DNA from: Malacoraja senta
Lineage: Eukaryota
DNA length: 64,000 nucleotides
Assembly (NCBI GenBank): GCA_038087875.1
Contig: CM075997.1
Coordinates: forward strand, 5,396,001 to 5,460,000
Direction: 5' to 3'
The notes below the pieces were generated by a model that was not told where the DNA came from, searched no databases, and saw nothing but the letters and a program-made list of their open reading frames with translations. Below, piece after piece: positions 1 through 11,699 of this stretch (its first letter is position 1; each line of letters starts with the position of its first letter). Both the position numbers and the translations under genes were made by a program.

Positions 1-333
1 GTGATGACGAACTCACAGACTGTTATAAAATCCCATTTGTTGTGCTAATATTTCTTCAAGAGAAGGATATCTGTCATTTTTAAAGTGTTTGGCCTATTAA
101 TAATTCTGGAGACATTGCAATATGATTTTCTCTTGCCTGGTCTTGGAAACTGCCCAGCAAGCATCTCGGTTCCATCAAACTATTAAAAGGATGCACAGTA
201 AGAATAGAATTGGCCAGAGCCAGCACTGTATATGCAGCTCGCTATGGCTTTCTCAAGGCTAATTGGAACTCGGAAAGGATGAGGAATTTGGTTTCTCAGA
301 ACCGAGACCATAGAACATAAAACAGTACAGTTT

Positions 334-753
334 GGGGGGGCACGGTGGCGCAGCGGTAGAGTTGCTGCCTCACAGCGCCAGAGACCCGGGTTCAATCCTG
401 ACTACGGGTACTGTCTGTACGGAGTTTGTACATTCTTCCTGAGACCGTGTGGGTTTTCTCCGAGATCTTCGGCTTCTTCCCACACTCCAAAGACTTAGAG
501 GTTTGTAGTTTAATTGGCTTGGGTAAAATTGTAAATTATCCCTAGTGTGTAGGATGGCGTTGGTTCAAGATTCAAGAGAGTTTATTGTCATGTGTCCCTG
601 ATAGGACAATGAAATTCTTGCTTTGCTTCAGCACAACAGAACATAGTAGGCATGAATACAGAACAGATCAGTGTGTCTATATAGGGAGAATCACTGGTCA
701 GCGCAGACTCGACGGGCCGATGGGCCTGTTCCCACGCCGTATCTCGAAACTAC
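334..753 (+). mobile_element. tRNA-derived V-SINE (HE1-like), interrupted by an inverted LINE 3' tail at ~565-680
   Basis: Head GGCACGGTGGCGCAGCGG (A box) and GGGTTCAATCC (B box), V-core TTCCCACACTCCAAAGAC, tail GGGCCGATGGGCCTGTT. Confidence 0.85.
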
Positions 754-828
754 AGTTCAGGAAAAGGTTCTTTGGCCCACAATGTCCGTGCTGAAGATGA
801 TGTCAAGTTCTAATGGATTTTAGTGTCA

Positions 829-1211
829 TTTAGTTTAGCTATACAGCACGGAAGAAGACCCTTCAGCTCCACCGAGTCCGCACCGACCAGTGATTCCTGC
901 ACACTAACACTATCCCACACACTAACACTATCCCACACACTAACACTATCCCCACACACTAACACTATCCTACACACACTAACACTATCCTACACACACT
1001 AGGGATAATTTACAATTTTTAACTGAAGCCAATTAACATACAAATCTGTACGTCTTTGGAGTGTGGAAGGAAACCAGAGCACCCGGAGAAAACCCACGCA
1101 GTGACAGGAAGAACATACAAACTCCGTACAGTCAGCACTTGTAGTCAGAATTGAACCTGGGTCTCTGGCGCTGTAGGAAAGGAACTCTACTGCTGCGAGA
1201 CCCTGCCGCCC
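829..1211 (-). mobile_element. V-SINE (HE1-like) with internal ~19-bp tandem expansion (~900-1000)
   Basis: Reverse complement of the SINE consensus; CACTAACACTATCC(C/T)ACA unit repeated about 5 times. Confidence 0.85.
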
Positions 1212-1289
1212 CTTGTAAAATAGTTAGGGAAAAGGACAGGACTGGACCCTCAATTAAAGTCCGAAGATGGGGTGCGGATAAATAAGTTG

Positions 1290-1578
1290 ATAAGCTCATG
1301 TTCATAAGTTCTAGGGGAAGGATTAGGCCATTCGGCCCATCAATTCTACTCCGCCATTCAATCACGGCTGATCTATCTTTCCCTCTCAAGCCCATTCTCC
1401 TGCCTTCTTCCCATAACCCCTGACACCTGTACTAACCAAGAATCTATCAAACTGCCTTAAATATATCCATTGACTTGGCCTCCATAGCCTTCTGTGGCAA
1501 TGAATTCCACAGATTCAACACCCTCTGACTAAATAAATTCTTCCTCATATACTTCCTAAAGGGATGCACTTTAATTCT
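1290..1578 (-). mobile_element. CR1-clade LINE 3' fragment
   Basis: Recurrent CR1 3' end (GGCCATTCGGCCCATCAA...TGTGGCAATGAATTCCACAGATTC; VVNLWNSLP on minus strand). Confidence 0.8.
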
Positions 1579-1703
1579 TATGTGACGGCCAGCACTCTCT
1601 GTGATGTGGTCTTGTTACAAGTTGCACAATTTGATTCGCAAGAGTGTGTGGAATTTGTTGTTTATCTGACAATCCCTTTGTATTCCAAACGCATTAAATG
1701 CAA

Positions 1704-1939
1704 GACTTTAACACAAACATAAGAAATCTATTAAGATTTCCAACACAGCAAATCCATGAATTCCACTGTGACTCAAACAATAATAATGATGGTTTATTCA
1801 TTTATGAAAATATTTTTTTAACATGTTTCCCCTTCCAACTCCTTTCAGCCTTTCTCCCTGAGTTGGCTGCACAGCAGTTGGAGTTCATCTTTTCTTTGGG
1901 TGTTCTGAACAGGTCCCAGCATTAGGCAAGCACTAATAT
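1704..1939 (+). repeat. Locally duplicated unique segment, copy A (copy B at 10716-10950)
   Basis: Colinear similarity from GACTTTAACACAAACATAA to GCAAGCACTAATATGGGCGGCA. Confidence 0.85.
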
Positions 1940-3168
1940 GGGCGGCATGGTGGCGCAGCGGTAGAGTTGCTGCCTTACAGCGCTTGAGACCCGGGTTCGA
2001 TTCTGACTACGGGTGCTGTCTGTTTAGTTTAGTTTAGTTTCAAGGTACAACGCGGAAACAGGCCCTTCGGCCCACTGGGTCCACGACGACCAGCGATCCC
2101 CGCACATTAACACTATCCTCTTACCCACTAGGGACAATTTTTTCATTTACCAAGCCAATTAACCTACACACCTGTACATCTTTGGAGTGTGAGAGGAAAC
2201 TGAAGATAACGGAGAAAACCCACGCAGGTCACGGGGAGAACGTACAAACACCGTACAGACAGCACCCGTAGTCGGGATCGAACCCGGGTCTCCGGCGCTG
2301 CATTCGCTGTAAGGCAGCAAATCTACCGCTGCATCACCATCCCGGTGTTATAAGGTCATGGAGTAGAAATAGGACATTCGGCCCATCAAGTCTATTCCGC
2401 CATTCAATCATGGCTGATCTATCTCTCCCTCCTAACCCCATTCTCCTGCCTTCTCCTTATAACCTTTGATACCCGTACTAATCAATAATCAATCTATCTC
2501 TGCCTTAAAAATATCCACAGCCTCCACTGCCTTCTATGGCAAATAATTCCACTGATTCACCACCCTCTGACTCAAGAAATTTCTCCTCATCTCCTTCCTA
2601 AAAGAGCATCCCCTAATTCTGAGGCTTTGACATCTAGTCCTGGACTCTCTCATTAGTGGAAAGATCCTCTCCACATTCACTCTATCCAAGCCTTTCACTA
2701 TTCTATATGTTTCAATGTGGTCCCCCCTCATTCTTCTAAACTCCAGCGAGTACAGGCCCAGTGCTGACAAACGCTCATCATATGTTAACCTACTCATTCC
2801 TGGGATCATTCTTGTAAACCTCCTCTGACCCTCTCCAGAGCCAGCACATCCTTTCTCAGATATGGTGCCCAGAATTGCTCACAATATTCCAACTGTGGCC
2901 TTACCAGTGCCTTATAGAGCCTCAGCATTACATCCCTGTTTTTGTACACTAGCCCTCATTGAGTTTGTACATTCCCCCTGTGACCTGCGTGGGTTTTCTC
3001 CGAGATCTTCGGTTTCCTCACATACTCCAAAGACATACAGGTTTGCAGGTTACTTGGCTTGAGTTTGTACACTTGGTATAAGTGTAAATTGTCCCTCGTG
3101 TGTGTAAGATAGTACTAATGTGTGGGGATCGCTGGCCGATGTGGGCTCTGTGGGCCGAAGGACCTGTC
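1940..3168 (+). mobile_element. V-SINE split by nested minus-strand SINE (~2023-2340) and CR1 fragment (~2350-2955)
   Basis: Head at 1940-2022 resumes at GAGTTTGTACATTC ~2961; nested ORF 2534-2809 is a CR1 ORF2 C-terminus (LGLYSLEFRRMRGD). Confidence 0.8.
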
Positions 3169-3559
3169 TATCATCGGTTTCTTTCTTAAGTGTACTCCAA
3201 CAACCCTTATACTGCTTAGGGTGTTCACTGGATCCCAGCTGTCTATAAATGAGGTCTCCAGAGTCCGAAGAAGGGTCTTGACCAGAAACATCACCTATTC
3301 CTTTTCTCCAAAGATTTGCCTGACCCGCCGAGTTATAGAGTCATACAGTGTGGGAACAGGCCTTTCGGCCCAACTTGCCTGTCAAAGAGAAGCTGTCTGA
3401 CCAGCTGTTACTCCAGCATTTTGTGTCTATCCAGGGAGAGAGTAGGTTCCCATAAGGGTCAATGTGGTCATCTATGCGTGGAGCCACAGAAGTTTGGTAT
3501 TAATATTTCTCACCTGTATTTACTGGATCATGGAAGCTCGGGAATCCAGGAAAGGGAAC

Positions 3560-4345
3560 GACGTTGTCCTGAGATACAACAATGTTACGAAAGAGGAGAT
3601 GTTGGTGGTACTCAGGAAAAGTGGGATAAATCCCTGGGAACTGATCATGTGTCTCCTAGTACATGACAAGGGTAGAAACCTCTGGTTGAGATGTTTACAT
3701 TTTCCTCAATGGAAGACTGGAGGGTGTCTAATGTTGTGTCTTTATTTAAGAAGGGCTGCAAGGACAAGCCTGGGAAGTTCATTAGTTCATAAGTTGGGGG
3801 AGTCCAGAACCAGGGGCCACAGTTTAAGAATAAGGGCCAAGGCATTTGGAACGGAGACGAGGAAGCACTTTTTCACACAGAGAGTTGTGAGTCTGTGGAA
3901 TTCTCTGCCTCAGAGGCCGGTGGAGGCCGGTTCTCTGGATACTTTCAAGAGGGAGCTTGATAGGGCTCTTAAAGAAAGCGGGGTCAGGGGGATATGGGGA
4001 GATGGCAGGAACGGGGTACTGATTGGGGATGATTAGCCATGATCACATTGAATGGTGGTGCTGGCTCGAAGGGCTGAATGGCCTTCTCCTGCACCTATTG
4101 TCTATTGTCTATTCAAGTGATAGGAGCAGAATTAGGCCATTTGGCCCATTAAGTTTCCTCCATCATTCAATCATGGCTGACCTATCTCTCCCTCCAAACC
4201 CCATACTCCTGCCTTCTCCACATAACCCCAGCAGTTGTACTAATCAAGAATCTATCTAGCTCTTCATTAAAAAATATCCATTGACGGCCTCCACAGCCTT
4301 CTGTGGCAATGAATTCTACAGATTCACCGCCCTCTGACTAAAGAG
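3560..4345. mobile_element. Decayed CR1 fragments (plus ~3560-4110, minus ~4115-4345)
   Basis: RTRGHSLRI...FFTQRVVSLWNSLP motif and CR1 3' tail CACCTATTGTCTATTGTC. Confidence 0.75.
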
Positions 4346-4475
4346 CAATAAGTCAGTGAGCCTAACATCAGTGGTGGGTCTGTGGCCTGAGGAAATTCTG
4401 AGACAAGAACTACTTATAATTGGAAAGGCAAGAACCATTTAGAGAAAATCAGATTGGCTTTGTGTCGGAGAATGT

Positions 4476-6610
4476 GGTCTTGTTGGGGGCGCTGCTCGAT
4501 GGCTGCCTCGCCAACGGTCTGTCTTCGTCTTTTTCCATCTTTGTGTTTTTAGTTTGTTGTAAAATATATGTATTAGTTTATATTTAGTTTTGCATTATGT
4601 AGGTGGTGGGGGGGGGGGGTTTGGGGGGGAGCTTTTCTTATCTTACCTCGACGGAGATACGACTTTTTCCGTGTCCTATCTCCGTCCGCACTGCGGCCTA
4701 ACATCATGGAGCTGGCGGCCTCTTACTGGGATTTCTAGAGCTCCAAAACCGTTTAGCCTGCGGACTTTAACATCTCGGAGCGGGAAATCCCTTTGCCAGG
4801 GGTCGGCCTTCGGTGCTCCAAGCTGCGGGAGCTGCAGACTTTAACATTGTGAAGCTCGCTGTCCCTGGTTAGGGACCGAATTCGGGTACGCCAAGCCGCA
4901 GGAGTTTGACCGCCCCGATGCCGGAGCTTAGACCGGCCCGACGAGGGAGCTCGATCGCTGGCTGCGGATGGTTCGATTCCCCTGACTGCGGGAGGAAAGG
5001 AAGAAAGAAGATAAGACTTTATTGTCTTCCATCACTGTGAGGAACTTGGAGGAGTGCTGTGGTTTTGTGTTCAAAGCTTCAAATTCCTGGGGGTGCACAT
5101 CTCTGAAGATCTTTCCTGGTCCGAGAACACTAATGCAATTATCAAGAAAGCTCATCAGCACCTCTACTTCCTGAGAAGATTGCGGAGAGTCGGTTTGTCA
5201 AGGAGGACTCTCTCTAACTTCTACAGGTGCACAGTAGAGCGCCCTGGAGAGGAAAAGACTACAAAAAGTAGTAAACACTGCCCAGTCCATCATCGGCTCT
5301 GGCTTCCCTTCCATCGAGGGGATTTAACCATATAACCATATAACCATATAACCATAACAGCACGGAAACAGGCCATCTCGGCCCTTCAAGTCCGTGCCGA
5401 ACATTTTTAATTTTTTTTTTTTTAATTAAAAATAAATACTTCCCCCTAGTCCCATCTACCTGCACTCAGACCATAACCCTCCATTCCTTTCCCGTCCATA
5501 TACCCATCCAATCTATTTTTAAAGGATAACATCGAACCTGCCTCCACCACTTCCACTGGAAGCTCATTCCACACAGCTACCACTCTCTGAGTAAAGAAGT
5601 TCCCCCTAATGTTCCCCCTAAACTTCTGTCCCTTAATTCTCAAGTCATGTCCCCTTGTTTGAATCTTCCCTACTCTCAATGGACAAAGCTTATCCACGTC
5701 CACTCTGTCTAACCCGCTCATAATTTTAAAGACCTCTATCAAGTCCCCTCTTAACCTTCTGCGCTCCAAAGAATAAAGACCTAACTTGTTCAACCTTTCT
5801 CTGTAACTTAGTTGCTGAAACCCAGGCAACATTCTAGTAAATCTCCTCTGTACTCTCTCTATTTTGTTGACATCCTTCCTATAATTAGGCGACCAAATTG
5901 TACTCCATACTCCAGAATTGGCCTCACCAATGCCTTGTACAATTTTAACATTACATCCCAACTTCTATATTCAATGCTCTGATTTATAAAGGCCAGCACA
6001 CCAAAAGCTTTCTTTACCACCCTATCTACATGAGATTCCACCTTCAGGGAACTATGCATAGTTATTCCTAGATCCCTCTGTTCAACTGATCGCAGTCGCT
6101 GCCTCAAAAAGGCTGGCAGTATCATCAAAGACCCACACCATCCTGGCCACACACTCATCTCCCTGCTACCTTCAGGTAGAAGGTACAGGAGCCTGAAGAC
6201 TGCAACAACCAGGTTCAGGAATAGCTACTTCCCCACAGCCATCAGGCTATTAAACCTGGCTCGGACAAAACTCTGAACATTAATAGCCCATTATCTGTTA
6301 TCTGCACTTTATCAGTTTATTTATTCATGTGTGTATATATTTATATAATGGTATATAGACACACTGATCTGTTCTGTATTCATGCCTACTATGTTCTGTG
6401 TGCTGAAGCAAAGCAAAAATGTCATTGTCCTATCTGGGACACATGACAATAAACTCTCTTGACTTGACTTGGTGGATGTTTATGTCCATATTTATGTAGA
6501 TGTGTGTCTTGTTGTTTTTTTGTTATTACTGTATGGCAAACCAAATTCGGCATATGTTGCAAAACATAGTTGGCTAATAAATTAAGATTATTATTATGAT
6601 TATTATTATG
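4476..6610 (+). mobile_element. GC-rich non-autonomous element with LINE-type tail, split by a Rex/Babar-like LINE (~5070-6470) which is itself split by a minus-strand CR1 (~5325-6087)
   Basis: Homologous to 22634-23355; inner ORFs SFKFLGVHISEDLSW (Rex/Babar-type RT C-terminus) and LGLYSLERRRLRGDLIEVFK (CR1). Confidence 0.75.
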
Positions 6611-7183
6611 AAAGAGGTGACCAAGAAGACTGATGAAGGTCAGGCAGAAGATGTTGTCTACGTGGAGTTTACCAGGGCTTTTGACAAGGCATGGCCTGCT
6701 AGACTGGTGTGGAAGGAGGTATCACATGCGACCAGGGTGATCTAACTAAATGGATGCAAAGTTGGCCTGGCGCTTGGAGTCTGAGTGGCAAGTTTCTGTC
6801 TAATGCTGTCAATTTGGATGAGAATGCAGGTGGCATGGTTAGTAAGTTTACGGATTATATCCAAATGAAAATAAAATAACGAGGGGCGTTAATAAACTGA
6901 ACGCAATCATTCTTTTTCCCAGAATTCAAGCTGTATAGGGTGCAGAGAATATTTACGAGGATGTTGCCTGGACTCAAGGGTGTGAGCTGCAGGGAGAGGT
7001 CGAATAGACTGGGTCTCTATTTCTTGGAACGCAGGAAGGTGAGGGGTGATCTTATGGAGGTGTGTAAAATCATGGGAGGAATAGATCAGGTAAATCTCAT
7101 CAGGCAGATGAGATTAGTTCATCTTGGCATGATGCTCAGCATGACCATTGTGGGCCGAAGGGCCTGTTCCTGTGTTCTATGTT
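6610..7183 (+). mobile_element. Old decayed CR1 fragments
   Basis: DVVYVEFTRAFDK-like RT remnant and QRIFTRMLPGL motif. Confidence 0.65.
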
Positions 7184-7213
7184 AAACTCCTTCTTTACCT
7201 GTTGTTAACATTT

Positions 7214-7880
7214 GGGCGGCACGGTGGTGCAGTGGTAGAGTTGCTGCCTTAAAGCCCTGTCCCATGGTGCGAGTTCATTCCATGAGTTCCCCCGAGTTTG
7301 CCCTGATTCGAACTCGGAGATTTACGGTAATGGCCACTCGTCGGTATTCGGGGCTCTCGTGGACATTTTTCAACGTGTTGAAAAATCTTCACGAGTCTTT
7401 CCGTGCTTACCTGCCGTCAGCGAGTCTTCCCGAGTACCTGCCGTTAGCGTTACGAGCCTCCAAGAGACGTCCCCGAGCTCCGACGTAACCGCTACGTTCA
7501 TTCTCCGTGCTTACCACGAGTTTGATTTTTTTTTAAACTCGGGAGAGCTCTTGGAATGAACTCGCACCGTGGGACAGGGCTATTACAGCGCTTGCAGCGC
7601 CGGAGACCCGGGTTCGATCCTGACTACCAGTGCTGTCTGTACGGAGTTTGTACGCTCTTCCCGTGACCTGCGTGGGTTTTCTCCGACATCTTCGGTTTCC
7701 TCCCACACTCCAAAGACGTACAGGTTTGTAGGTTAATTGGCTTGGGTTTGTGTACTTGGTATAAGTGTAAATTGTCCCTAGTGTATATAGGATAGTGTTA
7801 ATGTGTGGGGATTGCTGGTCAATGCGGACTCAATGGGCTGAAGGGCCTGTTTCCATGCTGTGTCTCTACACTAAACTAAA
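7214..7880 (+). mobile_element. V-SINE carrying a MITE insertion
   Basis: SINE head broken at GCCTTA|CAGCG and resuming at ~7583. Confidence 0.85.
7252..7582. mobile_element. Non-autonomous DNA transposon (MITE), PIF/Harbinger-like
   Basis: ~30-bp TIRs AGCCCTGTCCCATGGTGCGAGTTCATTCCA / TGGAATGAACTCGCACCGTGGGACAGGGCT; TTA TSD. Confidence 0.8.
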
Positions 7881-8609
7881 ATTAGTTCCATCATCCTTCT
7901 AGCCGACTATGTAAACACTGAGGAGCTCTTAATTGAACTCTTAAAAACATTATAATTGTTTATATCTGATGTCACAGTCCTTGACAGAAGCAAGATCGGG
8001 CAAATTCACTGCAAAACCACAGATTACATTTTATTACACAGATTATAATTACAAGATCTCTCATTTTTTAAGCCAACTCAGACCTCAAGTTTCTTTTAGT
8101 TTGATGGTTTCTTTAACTTTCGTGAGATAATATTAACTGGCAGAACCACACAAAAGCTCCTTGGAATTGGAAACACGTGCAGATTTGGGCAGTTGAAAGG
8201 ATTTTTTTTGAATTCTTGAAAGGATTATCGCATTAAACGCTGGACAGAACAAAATAAAATTGCGTTAGAGCCATATTAAAGCTGGTGATTCAGGGGAGAA
8301 ATCGCAATCCTTGGCTTGGCTTGGCTTGCAACTAATCTCGAGCTGGAGTGGAAATGAACATAGTAATGTTAAACGTCAGTTTAGTCCTGGCAAATTTATA
8401 TAGAAATTGGTCGAGCCACAGACTCAATAAACAAAAGCATTCTCACTTTAATCTTGTACCAAATGTAATTGTGCTTATTATTCAATGTTCTTTAATCTAC
8501 AGCCTAGCAACAATAATAGAGAGAAGAGGTAACTTTATAAACAATTCTTTTCAATTCCAACTTTTCAAAAAAAATTTTTTTTTTCCACATCTTTATTTTA
8601 TCCCAAGGA

Positions 8610-8890
8610 TTGGGCAGCTGGTAGAGCTGCTGCCTCACAGCACCAGACACCTGGGGTTCGATCCTGAACTCAGTGTGGAGTTTGCACGTTCTCCCCGTGA
8701 CCTCGTGGGTTTTCTCCGGGTGCTCCGGTTTCGTCCGGGTTTGTAGCTTGATTGGCCCATCTGTAAATTGCCCCTAGTGTGTAGGGAGTGGATGAGAAGA
8801 TGCAATAACATAGAATTAGTTTGAACCGGTGATTGTTGGTCGGCGTGGACTTGGTAGGCTAAAGATTTATGTTGGATCTTTAAACTAAAC
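8610..8890 (+). mobile_element. Diverged V-SINE
   Basis: GGTAGAGCTGCTGCCTCACAG...GGGTTCGATCC head, V-core remnant, TAAACTAAAC tail. Confidence 0.7.
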
Positions 8891-8893
8891 TTA

Positions 8894-9280
8894 CAGCTTG
8901 GCAGCTTACAACCCAATGGTATGAAGCTTGATTTCTCTAACTTCAAGTAATCCTTGCATTCCCTCTCTCTCCGTCCCTCCCCCACCCTAGTCGTTGTGGT
9001 AGTTTCCCTGTTGTCTTGTTGGGTTTCAGTGTCTGTAACTCATTATCACCTACCCCACAGCCAACAATGTACCATTGTGGGCTCCACATGTCCTTGATCA
9101 CCATTGCTGTTTGCATATCTTTCATTCATTCGTTCCATTTGCCATCTATATCTCTCGTTTCCCTCTCTCCTGACTCTCAGTCTGAAGAAGGTTCTTCACC
9201 CAAAACATCACCTATTACTTTCCTCCCGAGATGCCGACTGACCCGCTGAGCTGCTCCACCTTCTTGTGTCTATTTATGGT
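8894..9280 (+). mobile_element. Penelope-like element 3' end (GIY-YIG C-terminus, UTR, hammerhead-like terminus)
   Basis: Translates LGSLQPNGMKLDFSNFK*; followed by CTGAAGAAGG...AAAACATCACC terminal motif. Confidence 0.7.
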
Positions 9281-9409
9281 TTAATGAGATAGGCAACATG
9301 ATGGCATTGAAACACCCAACTCCAGTACTCCAGTCTGTTGAGCTTCACCCATGTTCCTCTGTGGAGGTCAGACCCTGGGCAGCTATTTTTTTTCACCAGA
9401 TAAAAGCTG

Positions 9410-9706
9410 TCCAGGGTCTGCCCTCCCCAGAGGCGCATGGGTGAAGCTGAACAGACTTGGTACTGGAGTTGGGCGTTTCAATGCCAGTGTGGAGATGGGG
9501 GCTCCACCAGAGCCCAGCCTGTGAATGCGGAGCAGAACCACAGACAGCGAACCATGTCATCTCTGGGTGCCCGCTCTACCACCCACCACATGGAGCTCAG
9601 GGCCTGGCAGACATCGACGCAGAGGCAACAACCTGGCTGCTCAACACCCGCCTTGAGATCTAACTATTCCTTTGGTTCATGTTTCATTCGCAAGGAGAAG
9701 AAGAAG
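9410..9706 (+). mobile_element. Vingi/Ingi-type non-LTR retrotransposon 3' fragment with CCHC finger
   Basis: WVKLNRL.TG.GRF and WRWGLHQSPACECGAEPQTANHVISGCP...ATTWL; ends CATTCGCAAGGAGAAGAAGAAG. Confidence 0.7.
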
Positions 9707-9987
9707 ACACAAAGTGCTGGAGTAACTCAGCAGGTCAGGCAGTATCTCTGGAGAAAAATGGTGGGGAACATTTCAGGCCGGGACCCTTCTTCAGAAAGGT
9801 CATCCATGTTTTTTCTCCAGAGATGCTGCCTGGCCTACTGAGTTACTCCAGCACTATGGGATGTTGCATTTTGGGATGTCTAACATGGGCAGGTCAGATT
9901 GGACAGACTTGGATTTTATTCTGTGTGACACCAGAGGTTGTGGTGATAGAGGTGTATAAAATTTTGAGGAGCATAGAATTGTTCACC

Positions 9988-10300
9988 CAGTGGTAGAGTT
10001 GCTGCCTCACAGCGCCAGAGACCCCGGTCCAATCCTGACTACGGGTGCTGTCTGTACGGAGTTTGCATGTTCTCCCCGTGACCTGCGTGGGTTTTCTCTG
10101 AGATCTTCGGTTTCCTCCCACACTCCAAAGACGTGCAGGTTTGTAGGTTAATTGCCTTGGCAAATTTGTAAATTGTACCTAGTGTGTGTAGGGTAGTGGT
10201 AGTGTGCGGGGATCGCTGGTCGACGTGGACCTGATGGGCCGAAGGACCTGTTTCAACACTGTATCTCTAAATTAAACTTAATTAAAGTAAACTAACCTAA
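9988..10300 (+). mobile_element. V-SINE
   Basis: SINE consensus from GGTAGAGTTGCTGCC to TAAAC/TTAAA tail. Confidence 0.85.
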
Positions 10301-10715
10301 ACTATCACGTGTGGACAGAGGAGATTAGTTTGAGTTGGTATCATGGTCGGCATGGACATTGCGGGCCGAAGGGCCTGTTCCTGTACTGTAGTGCTGTACG
10401 ATCTATGGATGGTGTGGGGCCGCTCTGGGACTGTGAGGCACAGCTTCATTCTGCCCCCTCTTGCCAGGAGTGGCAGTGGACGAAGAGTGGCTGTGTAACC
10501 CCGTCCCAAAGTGAGACGGTGTACGAGCCCTCCTGGGCTACCCAGTGTACCACCATTTACTGAACCCACTAACTTCAGCGCGCGCTGACTGATCGCTAGT
10601 GGCTGTGGGCATCCGACTGACTGGAGGCCTGCTCGCCAACTCATCTTCAATGGGGATTTCCTGGCTGCCTTGAACAAAGGGCCACAAAGACCGGACTATG
10701 GGGGTTGTCTGCATG

Positions 10716-10950
10716 GACTTTAACACAAACATAATAAATCTATTAATATTTCGAATACAGAAAATCCATGAATTCCACTGTTACTCAAACAATAATAATG
10801 ATGTTTTATTCATTTATGAAAACATTTAAGAAAATGTTTCCCTTCCACCTCCTTTCATCCTTTCTCACTGAGCTGTCTGCACAGAAATTGGAGTTCACCT
10901 TTACTGTGGGTGTTCTGTACAAGTGCCCCCTGTAACGCAAGCACTAATAT
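10716..10950 (+). repeat. Locally duplicated unique segment, copy B
   Basis: Matches 1704-1939; followed by a SINE at the identical junction. Confidence 0.85.
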
Positions 10951-11258
10951 GGGCGGCACGGTGGTGCAGCGGTAGAGTTGCTGCCTTACAGCGCCAGAGA
11001 CCCGGGTTCGATCCCGTCTATGGGTGCTGTCTGTACGGAGTTTGTACGTTCTCCCCGTGACCCGCGTGGGTTTTCTCCAAGATTTACGTTTTCCTCCCAC
11101 ATTCGAAAGACGTACAGGTTTGTAGGTTAATTGGCTTGGTGTATGTAGGGTAGTGTCAATGTGTGTAGGGTAGTGTTAATGTGCGGGGATTGCTGGTCGG
11201 TGTGGACTCGGTGGGTCAAAGGGCTTGTTTCCACGCTGTATCTCTAAACTAAACTAAA
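10951..11258 (+). mobile_element. Full-length V-SINE
   Basis: A/B boxes, V-core, CR1-like tail and CTAAA repeats. Confidence 0.9.
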
Positions 11259-11304
11259 TAGCAGAAGGGAGAAGGACGGAGAAGGCAGCGCAGGAATAGT
11301 GGTG

Positions 11305-11600
11305 ATGAAAACGCACACCTCCAGATTCAGGGACAGTTTCTTCCCAGCTGTTATCAGGCAACTGAACCATCCTACCACAACCAGAGAGCGGTGCTGAACT
11401 ACTATCTACATCATTGGTGACCCTCGGACTATATTTGATCGGACTTTACTACCTTTACCTTGCACTAAATGTTATTCCCGTAAATTGCCTGTAAAAGGCT
11501 CGATTGTAATCATGTATTGTCTTTCCGCTGACAGGTTAGCACGCAACAAAAGCTTTTCGCTGTACCTCGGAATACGTGACAATATACTAAAATGAACTGA
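11305..11600 (+). mobile_element. Rex/Babar-like LINE 3' end
   Basis: THTSRFRDSFFPAVIRQLN remnant and ...CGTGACAAT tail; similar copies at ~17460-17696, 23505-23770, 45541-45810, 60375-60890. Confidence 0.7.
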
Positions 11601-11699
11601 TAGACGGAGCGGTGCCTCGTGGCAGAGGCCTTCCCAAGTTGCCGTGGCAACGGAGCCTGCCCGAAGGCTCGGTGGAACACAGTACAGGGAGTAAGCAAT

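Noticed and set aside
10450..10478. CTCF-like motif GGCAAGAGGGGGCAG on the minus strand
   Set aside because: Single imperfect match; not supportable without ChIP or conservation data
10951..11020. tRNA-like A/B-box sequences (many copies)
   Set aside because: SINE heads continuing into V-core and LINE tail, not tRNA genes
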